A stretch of 64,000 bases of DNA, taken from NCBI GenBank assembly GCA_015233195.1, contig JADFYE010000004.1:66411-130410 (forward strand). The letters run 5' to 3'. Below the pieces are notes generated by a model that searched no databases, was not told the DNA's origin, and saw nothing but the letters and a program-made list of their open reading frames with translations. The position numbers and the translations under genes are program-made. This document shows, in pieces, positions 10,187-18,582 of the stretch (the stretch's first letter is position 1; each line of letters begins with the position of its first letter). Origin of the DNA: Candidatus Omnitrophota bacterium (lineage in GTDB: Bacteria > Omnitrophota > Gorgyraeia > Zapsychrales > Zapsychraceae).

Positions 10187-10936
10187 ATGAAAGTCGTTGG
10201 TATTATACCAGCACGATTGGAATCATCACGTCTACCGCAAAAAGCGTTAGCTGATATTTGCGGCATCCCGATGGTCGGGCATACTTATTGCCGCGCAAAA
10301 CTATCTACTGCGTTGAATGAGCTTTATGTGGCTACGGATAGTGAAGCAATAAAAGCTGTGATTGAAAAGGTCGGAGGGAAGGTTATCATGACGAGCCGTG
10401 CGCATAAGACTGGTTCGGATAGGATTGCGGAAGCTGCTCGCATGATTGATGCGGATATTATCGTCAATATTCAGGGTGATGAACCGCTTTTGAACCCTGA
10501 TCATATAGACCAAGCAGTTCAGGCACTGATGCAGGATAAAAATATTCAAGTTTCGATGTTGGTAACGCCTTATACGAAAAAAAATAGTCCATCTGATATT
10601 AAAGCGGTATTGGATCTGGAGGATCATATTTTATATTCTTCCCGCGACGATTTACCGAGCAGCGCGCGTTCTGCGGTTGATGTGATGTGGAAAGTGTGTT
10701 TCATTGTTCCATTTAGAAAAGAGTTTTTATTGAGGTTTTCCTCCTGGGAACAAACGCCGCTTGAGAAGATTGAATATCAGGAATATTTAAGAATCTTGGA
10801 GCATGGGGTTAAGATCAAAGCGGTGCGCGTGGATCACGCGGATATCAGTGTGGATACGCCCGAAGATTTGAATATTGTTAAAGAATTAATGCGCACGGAT
10901 AAAATTTTTACTCGTTATAGTCAACTATGGATATAA
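10187..10936 (+). CDS. kdsB: KdsB-family cytidylyltransferase (3-deoxy-manno-octulosonate cytidylyltransferase-like CMP-sugar synthetase)
   Basis: Collinear with KdsB along its whole length: KVVGIIPARLESSRLPQKAL, VNIQGDEPLL, EKIEYQEYLRILEHGVKIK, VDTPEDL. ATG 10187 follows GGAAAGGGG and the upstream stop. The 10124 extension is unlikely. The true substrate may not be Kdo. Confidence 0.7.
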   Translation: MKVVGIIPARLESSRLPQKALADICGIPMVGHTYCRAKLSTALNELYVATDSEAIKAVIEKVGGKVIMTSRAHKTGSDRIAEAARMIDADIIVNIQGDEPLLNPDHIDQAVQALMQDKNIQVSMLVTPYTKKNSPSDIKAVLDLEDHILYSSRDDLPSSARSAVDVMWKVCFIVPFRKEFLLRFSSWEQTPLEKIEYQEYLRILEHGVKIKAVRVDHADISVDTPEDLNIVKELMRTDKIFTRYSQLWI

Positions 10937-10939
10937 ATT

Positions 10940-12850
10940 ATGGATCAACCGGCATTGAAACTTTGGATTTGCTGGGAATATCCGACGAGGGATATTCCTC
11001 AGGATGTTAGCATATTAAGTTTTATGCTTCCGAGTGAGGAAATAGAATTTCAAAAACAAAATTCTTCAATTAATTTTATTTTTGGAAGGCAGCGTTCCGT
11101 AGGGGTAAAAAAAATAGCGCTTGCTCAATATATTCGTATGGTAGCTAATGCGGGTATTGTCAAAGATAAAAATGACCGGACTTTGCGAGAAGCTTTGAAG
11201 AATAAAGATGGGCAGAGTGTTTGGTGGTTTCACAAGGTTACAGAAAAGGATTGTGAGAGCAGTCCGATTTTTGACCAGATCATCCAAATTTTGACCATAA
11301 AGGATGTGATCCGAGAATATACATTTAAACAAATTGAATTGTTCGGTTGTCCTTTGGAAATTACTCAAGTTTTGAAATCAAAATTTGCAATCATTGATTA
11401 TTCTCGTCGTAAAACTAAGGGGAGGGAGTTATTATTAGGCAGAGCGCTGTGGGGAAGGTTTAAATTTTTGTTAAAGACAATTAATGATTGTTTAGCGGTA
11501 AAGTCTTTGCGAAAAGTGGAAGGGCAAGCTGCGGATATTTTTATATCCGGATTTTGGGATTGGAGTGTAAAAAAAGATGAATCTGGTCAGATAAATGATC
11601 GGTATTTTCGGTCAGTACCTGATTTACTTTTATCAGCTGGAAAAAAAATAGGATGGATAGTTTGGTTGGACCCGAATTATGAATCTGGTCAAGCACATCG
11701 TTCGGCTGCATCGGCAGTAAAATCTATTACCCAGGACACTCGTTTTGTTATCGCGCAAAGTTTTTTGAAAATCTTGGATGTATTAGTCGCGTGTTTTAGA
11801 TTTAGCTATTTTTTTATTTTTATGTCATATCAAAAATTACCGGCTTTTAAAAGTGTTTTTGAATTTGAAGAGATGGATTTCTATCCATTGTTTAAAAATG
11901 AATTCCGTATTGAATTTTTAGATCGGAATATTCCTCGTCAGGAATTGATTTATAAATCGCATCAGCGGTTTAGTTCTGAATTTGCGCCTAAAGTTGTTTT
12001 AACTTTTTTAGATTTATTTTTATACGCAAGAGCGGTTTATGCGGGAGTTCGTAAAGGCAGTCCAGCTACTAAGTTAATTGATATGCAGCATGCCAGCTGT
12101 TCGCGGGAAAAAGTTTTTTATGTTATTGATAGTCAAAAAGAGTTTAATGGCTTGCCGGATGGCTGCTTATTGCCATCGCCGGATAAAGTTTTGGCAATGG
12201 GAAACCTTGGTCAGGAGATTTTTTTAGAAAGTGGATTTAAAAGCGAGCAAGTCGTTGTAACTGGTTGCAGTCGATATAATAAATTAATTATTGGTAAAGC
12301 GGGTACTGGACATATTTCAGGTATAGGAACATTAAATATTTTAATTGTTTCAAGTATGGATATTGAAAAAGAATTGGTGATGGTTGATTGTGTTAGTGCT
12401 GTTACTGCTTTGGATAAAAATTTGATGATTAAACTGAGGTCTCATCCTTTTGCAGATATTAGAAAATATACTGGTTTTGAAAAATATGCTGATAAAATTA
12501 AATGTACCCACGGAACAACGTTGGATGAAGATTTAAAATTTGCTGATATTGTAGTTTTTTCATATTCTACGGTTGGAGAAGAGGCTTTCTTGAAAGGAAA
12601 AATTGTCTGGCAATGGGTGTCAGAAGGATATAATGGGTCTGTTTTCCGTGATCTTGGTATTATTTCATCATTTTCAGATGTTAATGGTTTGTTAAAATTG
12701 ATCCAGAGTTATAGAGCGGATCCAATAAAATTTATTCCAAATGAAATAGATCAGAATAAAGTTGCTTGGGAGTGTTTTGGTTTTAAGGATGGACAAAATA
12801 ATATTGACCAACAGATCACGGATCAGATATTAAAGGAAGTAAAGATATGA
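10940..12850 (+). CDS. 636-aa hypothetical protein; the C-terminal third loosely resembles the nucleotide-sugar-binding half of GT-B-type or capsule/teichoic-type transferases
   Basis: Long uninterrupted ORF tightly packed between the KdsB-like gene and a radical SAM gene. C-terminal region NILIVSS...LRSHPF...ADIVVFSYSTVGEEAFLKGKIV resembles a GT-B C-lobe, but I recognise no diagnostic motif. Confidence 0.3.
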   Translation: MDQPALKLWICWEYPTRDIPQDVSILSFMLPSEEIEFQKQNSSINFIFGRQRSVGVKKIALAQYIRMVANAGIVKDKNDRTLREALKNKDGQSVWWFHKVTEKDCESSPIFDQIIQILTIKDVIREYTFKQIELFGCPLEITQVLKSKFAIIDYSRRKTKGRELLLGRALWGRFKFLLKTINDCLAVKSLRKVEGQAADIFISGFWDWSVKKDESGQINDRYFRSVPDLLLSAGKKIGWIVWLDPNYESGQAHRSAASAVKSITQDTRFVIAQSFLKILDVLVACFRFSYFFIFMSYQKLPAFKSVFEFEEMDFYPLFKNEFRIEFLDRNIPRQELIYKSHQRFSSEFAPKVVLTFLDLFLYARAVYAGVRKGSPATKLIDMQHASCSREKVFYVIDSQKEFNGLPDGCLLPSPDKVLAMGNLGQEIFLESGFKSEQVVVTGCSRYNKLIIGKAGTGHISGIGTLNILIVSSMDIEKELVMVDCVSAVTALDKNLMIKLRSHPFADIRKYTGFEKYADKIKCTHGTTLDEDLKFADIVVFSYSTVGEEAFLKGKIVWQWVSEGYNGSVFRDLGIISSFSDVNGLLKLIQSYRADPIKFIPNEIDQNKVAWECFGFKDGQNNIDQQITDQILKEVKI

Positions 12851-14406
12851 GCGCAAATAAAACAATTGTGTTAGTTAATTTCCCGCCGTTTAATCGATTT
12901 GATTATATTTATTCCGGCACAATATATCCCGCTACTGGGTTAATGATCATCGGATCTATTTACAAGGAAAAAGGGTTTGAGGTGCAATTAATTGATGGGG
13001 CGTTAGATAAAGATTATGAAGAAAGAGTTTTAAAAAGTTTGTCAAATGGGGTTTTGTTTGTTGGATTTTCTTTAATGACGTCACAACTTCGCATGGCGCA
13101 CGTTTTGGCTAATAAAATTAAAGACCAGTATCCAAATGTTCCTATTGTTTTTGGCGGGATGCATCCGACTTTATATCCTGAACAAGTAGCGAATGAGAAA
13201 TATGTGGATGTTGTGGTCGTAAATGAAGGAGCAAGGGCTGCGGTTGAATTGTTGGAATATTTTGTTAATAAGAAAGCCTTAAAAGATATCCGCGGGATTG
13301 CTTATAGTGATGATAAAGGGCAAGTTCACGTTAATCCTCCTCAAGAATTTGATGATATTGAATCTATTCCTCATTTTGATTTTAGTTTGTTGGATTTACC
13401 GCGTTATTTGAACGCGGATAATTATTTGAATCGTGAGCTTGATCTGGCTCCGGGTGAAAAGATCAAATTAATGCCAATATTAACGGGTTTAGGTTGTTGT
13501 TATCGGTGTAATTTCTGTGTTAATGTTATTCTCAAACGTAAATACCGACATCGCTCAGCCGAGTCTATTGTCGAGGAGATTAAACGGCTTCAAAAAACTT
13601 ATGGCGCAAATACTTTTTGGTTTTTAGATGAGGATTTTTTTATTAATCGTGAAAGATTAGAAAAATTGGTGGTACTGGTTAAAAAAGAAAACCTTAAGTT
13701 TCTTGCCCGTACTTGGGTAAGAGTTTCATATTTTAGTAATCCTAATTATAAAGATTGTATTGCCAATCTGGAAAGTATTGGAATACGTTCTTTAGCTATG
13801 GGAGCTGAAAGTGGTTCGCAGAAGATGCTGGATTTCCTTTGCAAGGGAATTAAAGTTGAAGATATCGTCGCTGCTGTAAAAAGTTTATCGAATACCCGGA
13901 TAATGCCGCGCTTATCTTTTATGATCGGGCTGGATACTGAGACAAAAGATGATGTAATGAAAACTTATAAGTTATGCGGTAAATTGATGAAAATCAATGA
14001 GCGCACTGACATTGCTGGTCCGTATGTCTATCGTTACCATCCTGGATCACCGATGTTTAATTCATTATTAAAAAAACATAATATCACGCTTCCTTCGGCT
14101 ATTGAAGAATGGGATTCCATGTTAAATGATGATGGGTCTTTAAAGGTCGGCGCACAAAAGTATTGCTGGCCCGGATTTTTGAAATATCAAGAGGCAATGA
14201 ATACGTATATTATTTTATGTTGTGAAGTTTTCCGTCAGTCTAATTTGCGGAATAAAAAATTGATAAAAATCATGCGCTCTTTTTTTATTTGGAGATTAAT
14301 GCATTGTGAACATTTATATATAATCGATTATTATTTTTTTAAAATTTTAAAAGGGTTAAGAGTTTTTATCAAAAAAGTTAAAAAGATAAAAATTAAACGG
14401 GCATAA
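12847..14406 (+). CDS. B12-binding-domain radical SAM protein (class B), paralog 3
   Basis: N-terminal B12-binding-like region. Cluster motif GLGCCYRCNFCV (CxxxCxxC). ATGA start/stop overlap with the upstream gene. Lys-rich C-terminal tail. Confidence 0.8.
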   Translation: MSANKTIVLVNFPPFNRFDYIYSGTIYPATGLMIIGSIYKEKGFEVQLIDGALDKDYEERVLKSLSNGVLFVGFSLMTSQLRMAHVLANKIKDQYPNVPIVFGGMHPTLYPEQVANEKYVDVVVVNEGARAAVELLEYFVNKKALKDIRGIAYSDDKGQVHVNPPQEFDDIESIPHFDFSLLDLPRYLNADNYLNRELDLAPGEKIKLMPILTGLGCCYRCNFCVNVILKRKYRHRSAESIVEEIKRLQKTYGANTFWFLDEDFFINRERLEKLVVLVKKENLKFLARTWVRVSYFSNPNYKDCIANLESIGIRSLAMGAESGSQKMLDFLCKGIKVEDIVAAVKSLSNTRIMPRLSFMIGLDTETKDDVMKTYKLCGKLMKINERTDIAGPYVYRYHPGSPMFNSLLKKHNITLPSAIEEWDSMLNDDGSLKVGAQKYCWPGFLKYQEAMNTYIILCCEVFRQSNLRNKKLIKIMRSFFIWRLMHCEHLYIIDYYFFKILKGLRVFIKKVKKIKIKRA

Positions 14407-14432
14407 ATGATAAATAATATTTAAGGAGGATT

Positions 14433-15212
14433 ATGAAAGTTGTTATTTTATGCGGCGGACAAGGCATGAGATTACGAGAAGAAACCGAAACAAAACCCAA
14501 GCCGATGGTTGAGATCGGAGGTATGCCGATTTTATGGCATATCATGAAGACGTACGCTACGTATGGTTTTAAAGATTTTATTTTATGTTTGGGTTATAAG
14601 GGTGAAGTCATTAAAGAGTATTTTTATAACTATGAATTCCTATCTAATGATTTTACAATCGAGCTTGGATCTAAGAATGTTACGGTTTATCCTCGGCACG
14701 AGGAGCAAGGCTGGAAAGTAACTTTGGTTGACACTGGTATTAATGCTATGACTGGCAGCCGGGTTAAGAAGATCGAGAAATTTATTGATGGCGATACTTT
14801 TATGCTTACTTATGGTGATGGTGTAATTGATATGGATATTAATCTTTTAAATAAATTTCATAAAGATCATGGGCGGATCGCGACTGTTACTGGTGTTTCT
14901 CCGCAATCGCGTTATGGGGAATTGGTTATCAGGAATGATCATGTCGTCTCATTTAGTGAAAAACCTACAGATAATCAGAATCTTATTAGCGGAGGATATT
15001 TTGTATTTAATAAAAAAATATTTTCATATTTGTCAGAGCTGGACGAATGTGTTCTGGAAAAAGACGCGCTACAGAAGTTGGCAGCTGATGGTGAGTTAAA
15101 AGTACACGCGCACAAAGGATTCTGGCAGTGTATGGATACGTATCGTGATTATGTGTATTTGCAAGAATTGTGGAAAAAAGGGAACGCTTCCTGGAAAAGG
15201 TGGGATAAATGA
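14433..15212 (+). CDS. rfbF: Glucose-1-phosphate cytidylyltransferase
   Basis: MKVVILCGGQGMRLREETETKPKPMVEIGGMPILWHIM is the canonical RfbF/DdhA N-terminus. Length is 259 aa. Strong AAGGAGGA RBS. Confidence 0.9.
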   Translation: MKVVILCGGQGMRLREETETKPKPMVEIGGMPILWHIMKTYATYGFKDFILCLGYKGEVIKEYFYNYEFLSNDFTIELGSKNVTVYPRHEEQGWKVTLVDTGINAMTGSRVKKIEKFIDGDTFMLTYGDGVIDMDINLLNKFHKDHGRIATVTGVSPQSRYGELVIRNDHVVSFSEKPTDNQNLISGGYFVFNKKIFSYLSELDECVLEKDALQKLAADGELKVHAHKGFWQCMDTYRDYVYLQELWKKGNASWKRWDK

Positions 15213-16303
15213 ACCAATTGTTCAATGGCGTTTATAAAGGGAAAAAAGTTCTTGTAACTGGAGATACTGGATTTAAAGGATCTTGGCTGAGTTTGTGGCT
15301 TTCCGCATTAGGCGCAGAGGTGTTAGGAGCGGCTAAATATTTACCCTCTCAACCGTGTCATTTTGAAGTGGCTTCGTTAGCAGGTTCTATTAATCACGTT
15401 GAGACGGATATTCGATATTATTTGGAGCTTAAAAAAATTTTTGATTCATTTCAGCCTGAAATTGTTTTTCATTTGGCTGCTCAGCCTATAGTGACTACTT
15501 CTTATGATCAGCCGCAATTAACTTTTGAGACGAATGTCGGCGGGACTATTAATGTCCTGGAGAGTATCCGGCATACTCCAAGCGTCAAAGCAGCTGTCAT
15601 CATTACTAGTGACAAATGTTATGAGAACAAGGGCTGGGATTGGGGATATCGCGAGACTGATAGTTTAGGAGGATCTGATCCTTACAGCGCGTCAAAAGCT
15701 TGCGCGGAGATAGCGTTCTCGTCTTATTTTCGTTCATATTTTCAAAAACCAAATATGACTCAAATCGTCACGGTTCGCGCTGGTAACGTAATCGGCGGCG
15801 GTGATTGGGCTGAGAATCGGATAGTTCCGGATTGTGTGCGGGCTTTTAGTCAGAATAAAGAATTGGGAATTCGTAATCCACATGCAACGCGACCATGGCT
15901 TTATGTTTTGGAACCGTTAAGCGGATATTTATGGTTGGGGGCATTGTTGTATCCGGGAGCTGAAAATTTAAATGGAGAATCGTTTAATTTTGGACCAGAT
16001 GTGGAAACAGTTCATTCAGTTGGTGATTTAGTTAAATCCTTATCTGAACATTGGGGTGGTGGAAAATGGCGGGTTGTACCATCGGATAAAAAAGAAGCAG
16101 GTCTTTTAAAGTTATCTTTTGACAAAGCGTTAAAACGTATAGATTGGATGCCGGTATTATCATTTCAACAGACCATGGATATGACCTCAAAGTGGTATAA
16201 ACAGTATTATGCGCAATTATCTAATATGAAAGAATTTTCTTTGTCACAGATATCTCAGTACGTTGGTGAGGCAACTAAAAAACAATTAAGGTGGGCACAA
16301 TGA
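15209..16303 (+). CDS. rfbG: CDP-glucose 4,6-dehydratase
   Basis: GKKVLVTGDTGFKGSWL Rossmann motif and catalytic YSASK (YxxxK). Length is 364 aa. Immediately follows rfbF with an ATGA overlap. Confidence 0.9.
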   Translation: MNQLFNGVYKGKKVLVTGDTGFKGSWLSLWLSALGAEVLGAAKYLPSQPCHFEVASLAGSINHVETDIRYYLELKKIFDSFQPEIVFHLAAQPIVTTSYDQPQLTFETNVGGTINVLESIRHTPSVKAAVIITSDKCYENKGWDWGYRETDSLGGSDPYSASKACAEIAFSSYFRSYFQKPNMTQIVTVRAGNVIGGGDWAENRIVPDCVRAFSQNKELGIRNPHATRPWLYVLEPLSGYLWLGALLYPGAENLNGESFNFGPDVETVHSVGDLVKSLSEHWGGGKWRVVPSDKKEAGLLKLSFDKALKRIDWMPVLSFQQTMDMTSKWYKQYYAQLSNMKEFSLSQISQYVGEATKKQLRWAQ

Positions 16304-16737
16304 TAGACGGAGTTATTATAAAAGATTTAAGGATCATTCCTGATGAAAAAGGAGATGTTCGGCATATGTTACGTTGTGATGATCCTTTTTTCACTGAATT
16401 TGGTGAAGTATATTTTTCGTTCATAAATCCCGGACAGGTAAAAGGCTGGAAAAAACATTTAAAACAAACGCAATGTTTTGCAGTTCCTATCGGTACAATT
16501 AAATTGGTTATTTATGACGATCGTCAGCAGTCTCTGACAAAAGGAAACATCGAAGAGATCGTTGTAGGTGCGGATGCGTATAAGCTGGTTCGTATTCCTC
16601 CGGGCTTGTGGTACAGTTTTAGCGCAATGAATAAACAAGTCGCAATGATCACGAATTGTACAGACATCCCGCATGATCCAAATGAAGCGATTCGTAAAGA
16701 GTTGAACGATCTTGCAATCCCGTATGTGTGGAAATAA
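16300..16737 (+). CDS. Cupin-fold sugar nucleotide epimerase/isomerase (RmlC/WxcM-like)
   Basis: About 145-aa beta-rich protein after a 4,6-dehydratase. Sequence includes DEKGDVRHML, GEVYFSFINPGQVKGWKKH and RIPPGLWYSF. ATG 16300 overlaps the rfbG stop (ATGA) and follows AAGGTGGG. Confidence 0.6.
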   Translation: MIDGVIIKDLRIIPDEKGDVRHMLRCDDPFFTEFGEVYFSFINPGQVKGWKKHLKQTQCFAVPIGTIKLVIYDDRQQSLTKGNIEEIVVGADAYKLVRIPPGLWYSFSAMNKQVAMITNCTDIPHDPNEAIRKELNDLAIPYVWK

Positions 16738-16739
16738 AT

Positions 16740-17690
16740 ATGAAAATTCTTATTACAGGCGCGATGGGTTATGTTGGCGGTCGGTTGAGTGAGTATTTAC
16801 TATCGTTATATTCGAAAGAACAATTATTTTTAGCTACAACCAGAATAGATCCGCCGGTTTGGGCGCAGGGCTTTCCTTTAGTCAGAATGGATCTTACTGA
16901 TTTTTTGTCGGTTGAACGGGTTATAAAAAATACGCGTCCGGATGTGGTTATTCATTTAGCAGGTTTGTCTCAGTCTGAATGCGAACAAGATCCTGCGTTG
17001 GCTGATCGGGTTAATGTTGATGGTACAAAAACATTGGTTCAAATATGCGGTGCAAATGGGGTAAGTAGATTTTTATTCATGTCTACTTTTCAAGTTTACG
17101 GACGAGCGTCCGGTGAAATATCAGAAACACAAACGGTTGATCCCAGAAATGAATATGCTCGGACTAAATTACTAGCTGAAACTATGGTACGGGATGGATC
17201 GGTCAGGGGTATGGTCCCTATAATTTTCAGGTTATCGAATGGTTTTGGTTATCCGATGGACGCGCGGGTCGCGGAAAGTGTTTTAAAATTAGCAGTGAAT
17301 TCTTTTTGTCGTCAAATAGTACGGGAACAGAAAATTCATGTTCATTCTGACCAGTATCGTAATTTTATTTCTTTAAATAATGTAGCACGGGCAGTTGAGT
17401 TTGTATTAGCGCAAGATCCGAATAATTTTGTTAACCCAGTTTTTAATGTTGGTGGTTTAGCTAATTTTTCGATGGGTGAACTAGCTCGGAAGATCGCATT
17501 GGTGTATAAGAATATGTATCAGGATAGGGATATTCCTATAACTGTGAACAAGGATCGCAGCGGCATTGGTATATGGTCGCCATTTATTTATAAGTATGAT
17601 CGTTTATCGGCTTTAGGATTTACAATAAAGGATGATATGGATCTGGAGATTAAAAAAACAATAATGTTTTTTGAGGAAAACAAATTATGA
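16740..17690 (+). CDS. NAD-dependent epimerase/dehydratase-family SDR, likely the 4-reductase or epimerase of the CDP-sugar branch
   Basis: MKILITGAMGYVGG (GxxGxxG) and YARTK (YxxxK). The ATG at 16740 comes directly after the upstream stop. Confidence 0.75.
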   Translation: MKILITGAMGYVGGRLSEYLLSLYSKEQLFLATTRIDPPVWAQGFPLVRMDLTDFLSVERVIKNTRPDVVIHLAGLSQSECEQDPALADRVNVDGTKTLVQICGANGVSRFLFMSTFQVYGRASGEISETQTVDPRNEYARTKLLAETMVRDGSVRGMVPIIFRLSNGFGYPMDARVAESVLKLAVNSFCRQIVREQKIHVHSDQYRNFISLNNVARAVEFVLAQDPNNFVNPVFNVGGLANFSMGELARKIALVYKNMYQDRDIPITVNKDRSGIGIWSPFIYKYDRLSALGFTIKDDMDLEIKKTIMFFEENKL

Positions 17691-18565
17691 GCGAGGTTTT
17701 GATTTCGGTTGTAATGCCGACTTATAATTTTGGACATTTAATTTCTCGGGCTATTGATTCAGTGATCCAACAGAAATATGGTGGTTGGGAACTGATAATC
17801 ATTGATAATTTTTCGTCGGATAATACTGAACAGGTTGTATCTGAATATAAAGATCATAGGATCCGCTATCTTAAGTTTGCAAATAATGGAGTTATTGCGG
17901 CTTCTCGGAATAAAGGTATTGAACTTGCTTGTGGAAAATTTGTAGCATTTCTTGATTCGGACGATTTATGGTATCCGTCTAAATTGGAAAAAGTTATTTT
18001 ATATTTCAAGGCGCATCCGGATTGTGATTTTCTTTGTCATGATGAGAATTTGTTGTATGAAGATGGTCATAGTAAAGCTATTAGATATGGTCCTTGGAAA
18101 AAGTATAAAGAATTATTATATTGTGGAAATAGTTTTTCAACCTCAGCGGTGGTAGCGAAAAAAAATATATTAACTTTATGTGATTGTTTTTCAACGGATT
18201 TGGATGAAGTTGGGGTTGAGGATTATGATCTTTGGTTGAAGATCTCGCGGGTTGGACGAATGGAATTTTTACATGAAGTATTGGGTGCATATTATATCCA
18301 TGAGGGCGCATTTTCTTCAAAAGTTGAACGGTTGTATAGTCATTTGTTAAATGTTTTGATGCGGCATTATTCTGAAATTGAATCAAAGAGTTGGTTGGAT
18401 TCTTTAAGAATGAGAATTCGTTTGGCAGAGATCTTGCGGCAAACCGCACGAGATTTACTTAAAAAAGGGGAAAAATCTGCTGCGTTACCATATAGCAAAA
18501 AGGCATTACTAACAAATCCGTTTTCATTTAAAGCAATTTATACTTTTTGTTCTGCAATTTTATAA
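17687..18565 (+). CDS. Glycosyltransferase family 2
   Basis: ISVVMPTYNFGHLISRAIDSV, IIIDNFSSDNT and a FLDSDD DxD motif. Confidence 0.85.
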   Translation: MSEVLISVVMPTYNFGHLISRAIDSVIQQKYGGWELIIIDNFSSDNTEQVVSEYKDHRIRYLKFANNGVIAASRNKGIELACGKFVAFLDSDDLWYPSKLEKVILYFKAHPDCDFLCHDENLLYEDGHSKAIRYGPWKKYKELLYCGNSFSTSAVVAKKNILTLCDCFSTDLDEVGVEDYDLWLKISRVGRMEFLHEVLGAYYIHEGAFSSKVERLYSHLLNVLMRHYSEIESKSWLDSLRMRIRLAEILRQTARDLLKKGEKSAALPYSKKALLTNPFSFKAIYTFCSAIL

Positions 18566-18582
18566 TTAAATAAAATTTTGGG

